Assembly (NCBI GenBank): GCA_002269645.1
Contig: NIVC01001048.1
Span: 104,462-168,461 of the forward strand
Source: Macrostomum lignano
Taxonomy: Eukaryota
DNA length: 64,000 nucleotides
Reading direction: 5' to 3'
The notes beneath the pieces are model-generated. The model ran no database searches and had not been told where the DNA came from. It saw only the letters and a list, made by a program, of their open reading frames with translations. Shown piece by piece: positions 1-12,400 of the stretch. Within the stretch, counting starts at the first letter, position 1; every line of letters starts with the position of its first letter. The translations under genes and the position numbers were made by a program.

Positions 1-198
1 TTAACTAGCTGTAAAATGGGTGCCAGCATTAGCTGGGCCGGTAATTAGGGTGTGTGGTGACCCCCCAGTCCTTGAACTGAACAGCCGTACGCAGCCTTCA
101 GATGCGCCGCGCAATAGCTGCGGCTGAGCTGTCGGTTGCGCCACTGCGCATTAGGGCTGGTGTAATCAATTATTACTATTATTGTTATTTATTATTAC
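1..198 (+). mobile_element. Probable 3' part of a SINE/retroelement ending in an (ATT)n-like tail
   Basis: GC-richer body starting CTAGCTGTAAAATGGGTGCCAGC, resembling the conserved core of invertebrate SINEs (from memory), followed by a degenerate TTATTA tail at about 168-198. The 5' end lies outside the window. Confidence 0.35.
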
Positions 199-261
199 CA
201 TGTTAAACTAATGATTCTACTTGTGAATAAGAAAGTGGATTTTTTAAAATTTCAATGGCGA

Positions 262-1098
262 AGTCGGCAGGTTACATTTTGACAACAGAGTCGGGTTACA
301 TTTTGACAACAGAGTCGGGTTACATTTTGACACCAGATTCGGGTTACATTTTGACAACAGATTCGGGTTACATTTTGACCCCAGAGTCGGGTTACATTTT
401 GACAACAGAGTCGGGTTACATTTTGACACCAGATTCGGGTTACATTTTGACAACAGATTCGGGTTACATTTTGACAACAGAGTCGGGTTACATTTTGACA
501 CCAGATTCGGGTTACATTTTGACAACAGATTCGGGTTACATTTTGACCCCAGAGTCGGGTTACATTTTGACAACAGAGTCGGGTTACATTTTGACAACAG
601 ATTCGGGTTACATTTTGACAACAGAGTCGGGTTACATTTTGACACCAGATTCGGGTTACATTTTGACAACAGATTCGGGTTACATTTTGACCCAGAGTCG
701 GGTTACATTTTGACAACAGAGTCGGGTTACATTTTGACACCAGATTCGGGTTACATTTTGACAACAGATTCGGGTTACATTTTGACAACAGAGTCGGGTT
801 ACATTTTGACACCAGATTCGGGTTACATTTTGACAACAGATTCGGGTTACATTTTGACCCCAGAGTCGGGTTACATTTTGACAACAGAGTCGGGTTACAT
901 TTTGACACCAGATTCGGGTTACATTTTGACAACAGATTCGGGTTACATTTTGACAACAGAGTCGGGTTACATTTTGACACCAGATTCGGGTTACATTTTG
1001 ACAACAGATTCGGGTTACATTTTGACCCCAGAGTCGGGTTACATTTTGACAACAGATTCGGGTTACATTTTGACCCCAGAGTCGGGTTACATTTTGAC
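262..1098. repeat. 24-bp minisatellite, about 35 copies (AGTCGGGTTACATTTTGACAACAG)
   Basis: Directly visible, with a few recurring variants (gacaacag/gacaccag/gaccccag; gagtc/gattc) and one 1-bp deletion near 692. It explains the repetitive ORFs 244-1223. Confidence 0.97.
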
Positions 1099-1356
1099 GG
1101 CAAAGTGACGAAATTCGGGTTACCAATTAATGACGATAATTTCATCGGCAGATTCAAGGTACATTTTGACAATTGTGAGGTGTTTGAAAATAATCGGCAG
1201 GAGTGAAAGTTTTTCCGAAGCAAAACTTCTTTTTACTAATTTTAAAGAGAGTATTGCTTACTACGATCGAATTGGAGACCTGCTACAGCTCTGAAAAAGA
1301 GGTAAAAATTAGCAGCGTTCTTTGCGTCAAAATCATTTACTTAATCTTCCGGGGCA

Positions 1357-2367
1357 TTATCGATCAGCAGGCACTCGAACGTCCTCACTCGTCATGGAGT
1401 GTCTGAAATCCAACGGATACATGCTGGGATCAGGTGGAACAGAACCCGAAAACGAGTTTCCCAAGTTAGCCAAGCCGTATCCAGGCAAATCCAGAGCTGC
1501 CGGAGGACTGTAGTAAATTCCCTTCGGATTGAAGCAAAAACAGCTCTTGAACCACCATCCGCTTCAATAGTTGTTGGCGCAAGAGACGCCCGAATTGGCA
1601 TCTTGATCAACGTCCTTAGTGGAAAACTTTTGGTTGTCGGTGGACTGCCCGCCATTCCTCGGACACTCAATGACGTTGGACCGATCGACATCCTGTTCAC
1701 TCGTCGATTCCTTGACTGGCGTGTGGCGTCCTCGACAATGAGCTCGGCCTTCTTCCACCACCACCATCTGCCGTCCCACGAGCTCGTCTCCCACCTCACT
1801 CTTCTTTCGCCAGCTCGAGTGAGCAGGTGGATCGCCTGCAGACCCATCCAGAAGTTTCTGTCTTCGCCCTGTCCGAACCCAGACACGTAGTCTGTCCAGT
1901 CACGGTTGAAGTCGACAGTCGCGTCTACTCTGTGCTGGAAGGTGCGCCAGCACCAGCTCGCTCCGAGGCTTTCCAGCCGCTTCACCTTGAAAGCATAAGT
2001 GGGTATGATATGTTCTCGTTTTCATATTTATGCAACTGTATTTCAGCACATATCGAACAAAGTTTCTTACCATGAGCAGAGGCGGGTCGGTGTTTACAGC
2101 GTTCCGGCACTTCCTGCAGCCGCTCCGACCCAGACGGCAGCTCAGCAGCCGGCAGACGGCTTCATCGCTTGAGAATGAGACGGCTTGGTGCCGCTCGCTG
2201 GCCAGAGACGCGCACTGGATGCGGCTTGCGGCGCGGACCGCGCGGTCAACCAGGTACTCGGCGAGGTCGTCTCTCTGAGCTCGCCACTCGGAGCTCTTGA
2301 AGCTCCCGGAGCCTTCAACGAAGCTGATAGCAGCCAGTAGTGGGATGGTGAGAGGTGCAAGATGCAT
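1357..2367 (-). pseudogene. Secreted PAN/apple-like + fibrinogen C-terminal domain (FReD) gene, disrupted by a frameshift and an in-frame TGA
   Basis: Exon 1 2367-2071 encodes a hydrophobic leader MHLAPLTIPLLAAISF plus a PAN-like ASRIQCASLA...SFSSDEAVCRL segment. The GT-AG intron is 2070-1986. Exon 2 has fibrinogen motifs FQHRVDATVDFNRDWTDYVSGFG and FWMGLQAIHLLT; then, after a frameshift near 1645, NQKFSTKDVDQD and CANNY*SGWWFKSCFCFNPKGIYY, with TGA at 1566-1564 and the final stop at 1359-1357. Confidence 0.8.
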
Positions 2368-4134
2368 GATTTCATAGGCTCTTCTTGAGTTAATGTTTTT
2401 TTCTAGGAGCTGTAATGGCTTTTTAAGGGAACACTTGTACACTTTTTTTCCATTTCCCAAAAAGAGAAGAGGCGATTGGTTGAGGAGGAACTGAAGCTAG
2501 AGTTAATTTGATGGCGATTCAATGATGACATGACAGAGACAGGTTAAAGAGAGTACGTATATGTACATGTATCTTCTTCAGGTCTTGTTCAAGCGCCACC
2601 CAGTGTTCGGTTTAGAACCTCCGGGGCTCCGGCCAGTTTTGGGTCGCCGATCCGGAGACTGCAAACGGGCTGGGATCCTCCACCGGAGACCTTGAAGAGT
2701 GTAAGATCTTCTTCGGAGACTACAAACGGTTATGGGTCTCCGCGATAGGAGATCCGTAACCGTTGTGGGATCTTCGGGGCATGCATGGTCAGGCAGGCCT
2801 CCCTATCCGGAGATCCTAAACCAGATTCTGCACCGTTTGCCAATCTCCGTCACGGGTGCAAAAACTAAGGTTTGATTTAGGATCACCGGTTACCCGCGAT
2901 CTTCCCCATAATTATTATGTCGAAAATTATAATCTTTAGCTTTTTATTGTATATAGAAACCTTCTCCTAACCACTTTACAACATCAGGGAAAAGAGCATC
3001 TCCACAGTTGCGGAAAAAAGTACTGAAAACACATTTACTCTCCAAAGCTTGTTATTTTGCCCTGACATGGCCCTGCATGACGGTCTCTGGCATTCATGCA
3101 GTTCGACAGGGACTTGTGCGTGGTCATTGTTCAGTACATGGAGAATATTTGATTTCAAAGTAGCCACTTGACTATTAGAAAGTAAGCATATCCCCAACTG
3201 ACAATGGCTCACCATATGCTTTCACTGCTTCACTGCAATTTTTTCAATTGTCGCGCTCAATGGCTCATTCCTTCCGCCGTCAAATTACCCAATCAAATCA
3301 TTCGACTTACAAGTACATATGCATGTATAAAAGACGAAAAACAAGTCTTACCAAGCCTAAATTTCCCCCACTTGATCGATGGCTGTGTGAACGGGCCGTA
3401 TGAACTAAATAGATGAATTCTTATCGAAAGAGTTGCGCGAGCTCGGCTGCATGCTCACATGCAGGGCTTTTAAAATCAGTGAAATTTAATATAGCTTTTA
3501 TTTTATAAGAAAACAATACTCCAAAAAGTCTAGCATGGCGGCGATCTCTAACCTTATCTTATGCCATGGTTCCTGATGTCCGTGCGGGCGATTGTAAAAT
3601 CGCGTAATTTTTCGTGTTGGATCTCCGGTCTTACTACTTATATTTAACTACTTACTTCGAGTAGCTACATGTGGTTATAGTTTTGTAAAAAAATCCGGCG
3701 CTTTATAAGCTTCACGAAAGCTCAACAACTGACAATGTACAGTGTTGAGTTAGTAGTGTGTAAATAGGTAGAAAGAGTTTATGGAGTTTTAGCTTTGCAG
3801 CAGCACACTCGCACAATCTTTTAGCTGTACAAGCATTGCTAGATACAATATAACTGTGCAATACTGCAGGAGAGAGAGACAGACAGACAGGCCACAGCTC
3901 TGTATATTTGCTGTCTCCTAGGAGACGGGTGCTCCCCTCATCTCTCTCTCTCACCCCTCTCTCACCTAGCCTACTAGCTGTCTGTTATCACACTAATACA
4001 TGTAGCAAGCTGCCCTTACTTAAATATGCAGAAGGCGCTTAGTCGCGTACAGCAAGCATATCGATCTCACTCTTTACTCGCATGTAGCAACATAAATTCG
4101 AATCGATCGTCTCCGTACGTTTTTTACAAACAAA

Positions 4135-4410
4135 ATGTCTGCAACAATTGGCGATCAACAGGACAGCTCATCGAATTTCTTCTACGACGAAGCCGCAATT
4201 GACAGAGACTTGGCCGCTTTGGCCAGCTTCGGTCTGGACAGGGATCGCAGGATCAAGGAGCTGCTGGCTGCCAATACAAACCGGCATCAGAATAATGATG
4301 ATAAAATGAACACTACTACTGACGCCAAGCCCGACAGCAGTAGTATGGCTGAAGCAAACAGCCCAGTGAATCAACAGCAGAGTGATGAAGCACCGTCCGG
4401 TTCGGCTTGA
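4135..4410 (+). CDS. Hypothetical 91-aa low-complexity protein (possibly a real small gene)
   Basis: ATG in an A-rich context (ACAAACAAAATG), GC-richer than its flanks, hydrophilic sequence. No recognisable domain. Confidence 0.3.
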   Translation: MSATIGDQQDSSSNFFYDEAAIDRDLAALASFGLDRDRRIKELLAANTNRHQNNDDKMNTTTDAKPDSSSMAEANSPVNQQQSDEAPSGSA

Positions 4411-5559
4411 ACGACAAACAAGTGAACTTAATCGATAACAGGTCAACCGATTTTCATGAAACAAATTTGCACCGTTTGAATTTAGCAAGGACTACTGGTA
4501 ACCTCGGTTTCAATTGTTGTTGAGAATAACAATTGTTGTTGCTTTCGACAGGAGGGAGGCAGACCCAATGTTTATCTTTTGATATGTTGATATGTTCAGA
4601 AAATTAGGATTTTATGTTAATTTTTCATTCTACGGGCCTTCCACGTACATAAAATCATAAAAATGCATGGCACAGCTCGACTCTTGGGTTTTATATGACT
4701 CTATTTTTATTATCATTTTTTTAAACGAATGTGAATAAATGGTCGTCTATCTCCAAAGCCACATACACAATCTACCATTGGCAAACATATATTGGATTAG
4801 ATTCAATGCATGTTAGCCCAAATATGGACTGCAAAAAGCTATATTATAACTGTCACTTGTTTTAAGTCCTAAACTATATCATTGCGTCCTCACTACCGCC
4901 TACACTTATGATATGCAAAGCATTTTCACATCATTTTACGCGCATGTACAAGTAGTATATTTGCATATCTATCAAAATTGTATTTTTGCATTGGCTTAAG
5001 AATTCACCAATATATAAAGTTTGCTTATTGTCACTGAAAATGTAATTGTTTCATTTTTTAAAAAACTATTTATTTAAAAAATTATCAGATGTAAAATAAG
5101 TTTTAAAAACTTTATTTCTTCTGTTTATTCAAGTCAAAACGTTATGCAGAAAATTTCAATACAAACAGTAAGACAGTTGAAAATATTTCATAAAAATCTG
5201 AAGTACTTTATTACAGTTTAGTTATGCATGTTTTTGCATTATTTTAATTTCCAAATATAGAGAAAGTGTCAGTTGGTATAATCATAATTTATATTGTAAT
5301 AAAACTTGTCAAAAAAATTTAATATCAATCAAACTGGAAGGAAAATGACGTATGTAGATAAAAATTCAATCGTGAAAAATATAAAAATTTTTTTTTGACA
5401 TCTAGCAAGAGACTTTTACGTAGAAGTTTTTAATTTTTCAAAAATTTGATTGGAAGATGCTTGAAAAAGATATGGCGCCTGTATCTTATAAGATCTACAT
5501 TCTGATCATAAATGAGATCTCTGATCTGACTTCCCGGACGTCTGATCTCATATGAGATC

Positions 5560-6010
5560 TATTAATCTCATGAGATCTCTTCTCCCAATCTCATGAGATA
5601 TCTTCTCCATATCTCATGATATCTCTTCTCCAAATCTCATGAGATATCTTTTCCTAACCTCATGAGATCTCTTTTCCCAATCTCATCAGATATCTTCTCC
5701 CAATCTCATGAGATTCTCTTCTCTCAATCTCATGAGATATCTTTTCCCAATCTCATGAGATCTCTTCTCCCAACCTCATGAGATATCTTTTCCCAATAGC
5801 ATGAGATTGATCCCCAATCTCATGAGATATATTTTCCCAATAGCATGAGATTGATTCCTAATCTCATGAGATCTCTTCTCCCAACCTCATGAGATATCTT
5901 TTCCCAATAGCATGAGATTGATTCCCAATAGCATGAGATTGATTCCTAATCTCATGAGATCTCTTCTCCCAACCTCATGAGATTTCTTTTCCCAATAGCA
6001 TGAGATAGAT
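5560..6010. repeat. Degenerate ~21-23-bp tandem repeat built around the palindrome TCTCATGAGA
   Basis: Repeated CTCATGAGAT(A/C)TCTT(T/C)TCCCAA units. Confidence 0.9.
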
Positions 6011-6036
6011 CTTTCACCCCTATACATGATATTGGG

Positions 6037-6038
<2 letters not shown>

Positions 6039-6125
<87 letters not shown>

Positions 6126-6135
6126 GTCTCTCTCT
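6039..6135. repeat. (CT)n microsatellite
   Basis: Directly visible. Confidence 0.98.
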
Positions 6136-6227
6136 CATCACAACCCCATGGGATGATTCTCGCAATCTCAGCTAATCCAGTTAAAAGCCTCATCAATCCC
6201 CAAGTATTCTCCAGTGCAGTCCAACCC

Positions 6228-6497
6228 TTACAGCTCAGTAAACTCCAGCTTATAGCTGGGCAGATGCCGGATAAGCACAAGCAGGTGCTCAGGATCCACG
6301 TAGTCCAGCAGGGCCTGAGCTCGAGTCGCCTGGTCAACAATCTTGCCGCCGCCGGAAGCGGAGCAGTCGTCGGTCTCCAAACGGAAGTCGAAGCGTTGCA
6401 TCAGGCTGACGAAAAAGATGAAAAGCTCCATGCGAGCCAGACTCTCGCCAAGGCAGGCCCGCTTGCCCGCCCCGAATTGGATCAGGCGCTGGCTGGC
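6228..6497 (-). CDS. P450 exon 5 (heme-binding loop)
   Basis: Acceptor CCGGCAG; [38 protein letters not shown]; stop at 6230-6228. Confidence 0.92.
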   Translation of the reverse strand, partial: ASQRLIQFGAGKRACLGESLARMELFIFFVSLMQRFDFRLETDDCSASGGGKIVDQATRAQALLDYVDPEHLLVLIRHLPSYKLEFTEL

Positions 6498-9400
6498 CTG
6501 CCGGTATGGGAGATTTTAATTGGTGAAATGCTTGCATTTCTACTGCTAGTAGTGTACTCTGGATAGTACATGTCGCGGAAATGCAGAGCTTACTCACTGT
6601 TATCTAAGCTACTTCGCATTTTAACTTTCTTCACTCATATCTAGTTTTACCTTATTCGTATATCTTATCTCAATTTATTCCTAATCTCACTGCACTGAAG
6701 TCTCACCTCAATCATATTTGAATTTAAGTTCAGATCACCAGTGTATAATCTCACCCCACCAATATCTAATTTCACCCCAAAAATTCTAATCTAATCTCAC
6801 CCCAAAAATTCTCATCTTATCTCACCAATATCTAATCTTACCCCACTAACATCTAATCCCACCCCACTAAGTCTAATCCCACCCACTAACATCTAATCCC
6901 ACCCCACTAACATCTAATCCCACCCCACTAAGTCTAATCCCACCCACTAACATCTAATCCCACCCCACAAACATTTAATCTCACCTCATCAATATCTATT
7001 CTCTTCCGACCAATATCTAATCTCACCTCACCAATATCCAATCTTACATCGAAAAACTAATCTCACCTCACCAATATCCAATCTCACATCGAAAATCTAA
7101 TCTCACCTCACCAATATCCAATCTCACTTCGAAAATCTAATCTCACCTCACCAATATATAATCTCACATCGAAAATCTATTCTCACCTTACCAATATCCA
7201 ATCTCACTCCGACCATCGATAATCTCACCTGGAACCGGCTTTCAGAGTCCAGATAGCGCTCCGGTTTAAAGCAGTCGGGCTCAGGGAACTGGTCCGGGTC
7301 GCGGTGAATATAGTACATATTGTACATCATATAGCTATTAGCTGGAATCTTATATCCGGCAACTTGAATGTCGGCAGTAACCCAGTGAGTTAAGCCGTTA
7401 GTAACCAGGCTAGCCAATCGTTGAACCTCTTCCAGAGTAGCCATTGTGTAGTGCAGCTTGGCCTTGTCAGCCATGCACACGCGGCCCTGGACACCCAGGT
7501 GTTGTCTGATCTCCTCTCTAACCTTACTGGCAACTCTGGGTTAGCCAGCATGTAGATTAGCGCCCAGCGCAGGTAGTGGTTGTTGTCTCTGTGCCAGCTA
7601 GAAACAGGTCAAGGATGGCCATGCCAAGTCGCTTGTTGGTGAACAGGTCTGTGGGATAGGGCGTACTCGCGGATCTGAATGTGGGCCACCTGAAGGGCCT
7701 GAATGAAACTAGCTTTGTACCTGAAGGATCTAAATGAAGTCACCTGAAGTACCTCAGTGAAGTCACCTGAAGGATCTGAATGAAGTCACCTGAAGTACCT
7801 CAGTAAAGTCACCTGAAGCACCTCAGTGAAGTCACCTGAAGCACCTAAGTGAAGTCACCTGAAGCACCTCAGTGAAGTCACCTGAAGTACCTCAGTGAAG
7901 TCACCTGAAGTACCTCAGTGAAGTCACCTGAAGTACCTTAGTGAAGTCACCTGAAGTACCTCAGTGAAGTCACCTGAAGTACCTCAGTGAAGTCACCTAA
8001 ATTACCTCAGTGAAGTCACCTGAAGTACCTCAGTGAAGTCACCTGAAGTACCTCAGTGAAGTCACCTGAAGTACCTCAGTGAAGTCACCTGAAGTACCTC
8101 AGTGAAGTCACCTGAAGTACCTCAGAGAAGTCACCTGAAGTACCTCAGTGAAGTCACCTGAAGTACCTCAGTGAAGTCACCTGAAGTACCTCAGTGAAGT
8201 CATCTGAAGTAAGTATCTGAATGAAGTTACCTGAATAAGGTCACCTGTAGGATCTGAATGAAGCCACCTAAAGTACCTGCATAAGGTCACCTGTAGGATC
8301 TGAATGAAGCCACCTAAAGTACCTGCATAAGGTCACCTGTAGGATCTGAATGAAGCCACCTGAAGTATCTGAATAAGGTCACCTCAAGTATCTGAATGAA
8401 GCCACCTGAAGTATCTGAATAAGGTCACCTAAAGTATCTGAATGAAGCCACCTGAAGTATCTGAATAAGTTCACCTCAAGTATCTGAATGAAGCCACCTG
8501 AAGTATCTGAATGAAGTCACCCGAAGTATCTGAATGAAGTCACCTGAAGTATCTGAATGAAGCCACCTGAAGTATCTGAATGAAGCCACCTGAAGTATCT
8601 GAATAAGGTCACCTAAAGTATCTGAATGAAGCCACCTGAAGTATCTGAATAAGGTCACCTCAAGTATCTGAATGAAGCCACCTGAAGTATCTGAATGAAG
8701 CCACCTGAAGTATCTGAATAAGGTCACTTCAAGTATCTGAATGAAGTCACCTGAAGTATCTGAATGAAGTCACCTGAAGTATCTGAATGAAGTCACCTGA
8801 AGTATCTGAATGAAGCCACCTGAAGTATCTGAATGAAGTCACCTGAAGTATCTGAATGAAGTCACCTGAAGTATCTGAATGAAGCCACCTGAAGTATCTG
8901 AATAAGGTCACCTAAAGTATCTGAATGAAGCCACCTGAAGTATCTGAATAAGGTCACTTCAAGTATCTGAATGAAGTCACCTGAAGTATCTGAATGAAGT
9001 CACCTGAAGTATCTGAATGAAGTCACCTGAAGTATCTGAATGAAGCCACCTGAAGTATCTGAATGAAGTCACCTGAAGTATCTGAATGAAGCCACCTGAA
9101 GTATCTGAATGAAGCCACCTGAAGTATCTGAATAAGGTCACCTAAAGTATCTGAATGAAGTCACCTGAAGTATCTGAATAAGGTCACCTCAAGTATCTGA
9201 ATGAAGCCACCTGAAGTATCTGAATGAAGCCACCTGAAGTATCTAAATAAGGTCACTTCAAGTATCTGAATGAAGCCACCTGAAGTATCTGAATGAAGCC
9301 ACCTGAAGTATCTGAATAAGGTCACCTAAAGTATCTGAATGAAGCCACCTGAAGTATCTGAATAAGGTCACCTCAAGTATCTGAATGAAGCCACCTGAAG

Positions 9401-12400
9401 TATCTGAATGAAGCCACCTGAAGTATCTGAATAAGGTCACTTCAAGTATCTGAATGAAGTCACCTGAAGTATCTGAATGAAGTCACCTGAAGTATCTGAA
9501 TGAAGCCACCTGAAGTATCTGAATGAAGTCACCTGAAGTATCTGAATGAAGTCACCTGAAGTATCTGAATGAAGTCACCTGAAGTATCTGAATGAAGTCA
9601 CCTGAAGTATCTGAATAAGGTCACCTGAAGTATCTGAATGAAGTCACCTGAAGTATCTGAATGAAGCCACCTGAAGTATCTGAATGAAGTCACCTGAAGT
9701 ATCTGAATGAAGTCACGTGAAGTATCTGAATGAAGTCACCTGAAGTATCTGAATGAAGTTACCTGAAGTATCTGAATGAAGTCACCTGAAGTATCTGAAT
9801 GAAGTCACCTGAAGTATCTGAATGAAGTCACCTGAAGTATCTGAATGAAGCCACCTGAAGTATCTGAATGAAGTCACCTGAAGTATCTGAATGAAGTCAC
9901 CTGAAGTATCTGAATGAAGTCACCTGAAGTATCTGAATGAAGTCACCTGAAGTATCTGAATGAAGTCACCTGAAGTATCTGAATGAAGTCACCTGAAGTA
10001 TCTGAATGAAGTTACCAGAAAGATGTTAAAACTGAACGAAGCTACGAGATCTGAATGAGATTAGCTGAAAGGCAAGCACGAGACAAAAAACCTTAACCTG
10101 AAGGAGCTGGATCCGAACCAGAAACCATCACTTATCAATATTCATTTCACCTACCAGCTCCGTTGTCGTCAGTCTGCTGATTGAGCTGCTGGTGCTTCAG
10201 GTGCGCCTCGATGTAGTCGCGAGCTTCAGAGAATCCCGCCTCGGGCATTTCAGCAGCGTGGGCTTCCACCTGGTTGTTGATTAGGAAATGATGGTGATTT
10301 AATGGCTGAAAAACAGGTGCGCGCCGGCCCAGCATCCGAGGATCTGGGAGGCTGGTGGCCCAGCAACTGAGGATCTGGGAGGCTGGTGGCCCAGCAACTG
10401 AGGATCTGGGAGGCTGGTGGCAGTGGCGTAGGCAAGGGGGGGATATGGGGATGTATCCCCCCCGTGGGCCTGGTTGGTGGGTGTAAGAAATTACTAAATC
10501 TAAGGTTTGTATTCAATACTGATACTGATGTGATTACTGTACTGTTAGTGTTATTAATTTTGTCGATATATACTACATTTGATTCTTACAGCTGAACGGA
10601 ATTCTAATCCAAAAACTGTCTAATAATATAACATGAATTTGAAAGATACGAGTAGCACAATAAAAATTCCTTCCTAGTTTTGCCTCTGCCTCTGGCTTAG
10701 TCTTGGAAAAGAGTGTGAGGCTCAGGAGAGAGGAAGAGAGTCAGAGTGTGGGACTGAGGGGTGAGGGCAGGGTAGTTGGTTGTACGCTCGTATATGTACA
10801 TTGTGATTGTACATCCTATATACGACCCCTATATGTACATCTTCAGTTCTTCACCCTCCCGAGTCCCAGGCCCAAGGCCCAACCCCCCGCCAAGTGAAAT
10901 ATACTTTAGCTTAACCACCATAGTATTCTGGAGGCACTGACTATAGTATACGCTCGTAGTATGGCTCTACCTCCAACAAAACAATCAAAGATAGATCGAT
11001 TTTTTTCTCGCAACAATCGCTGCACAGCCAGAACTCATCTGTACCTGTATCTACTACAAGGTCAACTACAGAAATAACGACTACTGCTACTGTTTGTGCT
11101 ATCTCTGGTTTACATGGAGATGGAAATGCAGAGTACATAGGCCCGGACTCTGTCCCTGTTGCTGCTCCTGCTTTGGAAGTGTTGCCTGTGAGTGTAAATT
11201 CTCTCTCCACCTAAGCCGCCACCACCTTCCACTGAGATTGCTGCTCCAGATATCTACGATGCTGTGCAGCTTCGAATGCAAGGCAAGCTATCTGCTGAAC
11301 ATTGTCGCTTTTTCATGAAAGAAGTACTGAACGTTTCTGAGAGCTACAAGCTTCTTTCACTCAGGGAACACGGCAGAAGTATAGGCTACACCATTATCAT
11401 CTCAATGGAGTGAATAGCTGTTTCTACTTTTCACCAAAGCAGCAGGGAGTCTTCAGTCTACCTTGTGTACTTTTTGCACCCTCAACTGGCATTGGTGAGA
11501 GAAACAAACAAGAGCTTGGTCAGCTCGTAACAACACCAGCTACCAACTTCAAGAAGATTACGGAGATTTACACTAAGCATCGTAATTGTCACTACCACCA
11601 GCAGGCATGTGATACATTCCGCCAGGTTGAATTGCAAGCAGCCACAAATGCTGCTGATGTGTCAGCGCAAATGAAGACATCAGCTAGTGTAGCCCTACTG
11701 GATAACCAGTATATATTTGAGGCTGTCATCCAGGCAATCGAATACCTTGGGCGCACAAACCAGGGTCTGCGTGGCCATCGTGAAGATGCAGGAAGATTAA
11801 AGGTTCCCGACGGACGTGAACATGTCGATTACACACAAGGAAATTTGCGAGCTCTTCTTCAGAGAGATGCTGTCAAAGATAAAAAAACTAGCAAGTCTCC
11901 TGGAGAGTAGACCTCTCAATTCCACTGGCCTTTCACCTGCCGTACAAAATAGGCTAATAGACTGCATTAACACTGTAATGACTCGCGCAGTTGTTCAGCC
12001 AATTAAATCGTTCTATGCCATTATTGTCGACGGAACAAGTGATATTTCACGTTCTGAGCAACTCTCAATCACGATTCGCTATGTCAACAACGATGGAGAT
12101 GTTCAAGAGCGCTTTGTTGGCTTTGTAGAACTAAAGGAACAAGATGCTCCTGCAATTGTTGATGCCATTGATGCAAAGCTGGAGCTCTTGCAACTGGACA
12201 AGTCACTTCTTGTTGCGCAAGGCTACGACGGTGCTTCGGTTGAGTGCTGAAGGTGGTGTTCAAGGTCGAATTCGAAGAACATGCCCTAATGCTATCTACA
12301 TCCACTGCTACAGTCACTGTCTCAATCTTTGCACCAGGGCAACAGTAGACAGCAAGCGAGGCATTCGGGAACTGAAGAGTGTGTATGCCACACTTGATGC

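Noticed and set aside
244-1223. Long repetitive ORFs (SKCNPNLL, TTESGYIL and similar) as proteins
   Set aside because: A 24-bp unit without stops is open in several frames on both strands. The same artefact explains ORFs at 8476-9440, 14202-14895, 16308-18385, 21507-22947, 40776-41299, 48043-48571 and 50663-51254.
203-1344. TTAA-flanked (Kolobok/piggyBac-like) element enclosing the 24-bp array
   Set aside because: TTAA occurs at both sides but the putative TIRs match at only about 7 of 11 positions; not distinguishable from chance in AT-rich DNA.
1564-1566. Selenocysteine or readthrough at the FReD TGA
   Set aside because: The position is not a conserved Cys in fibrinogen domains, the gene also has a frameshift, and no SECIS was identified.
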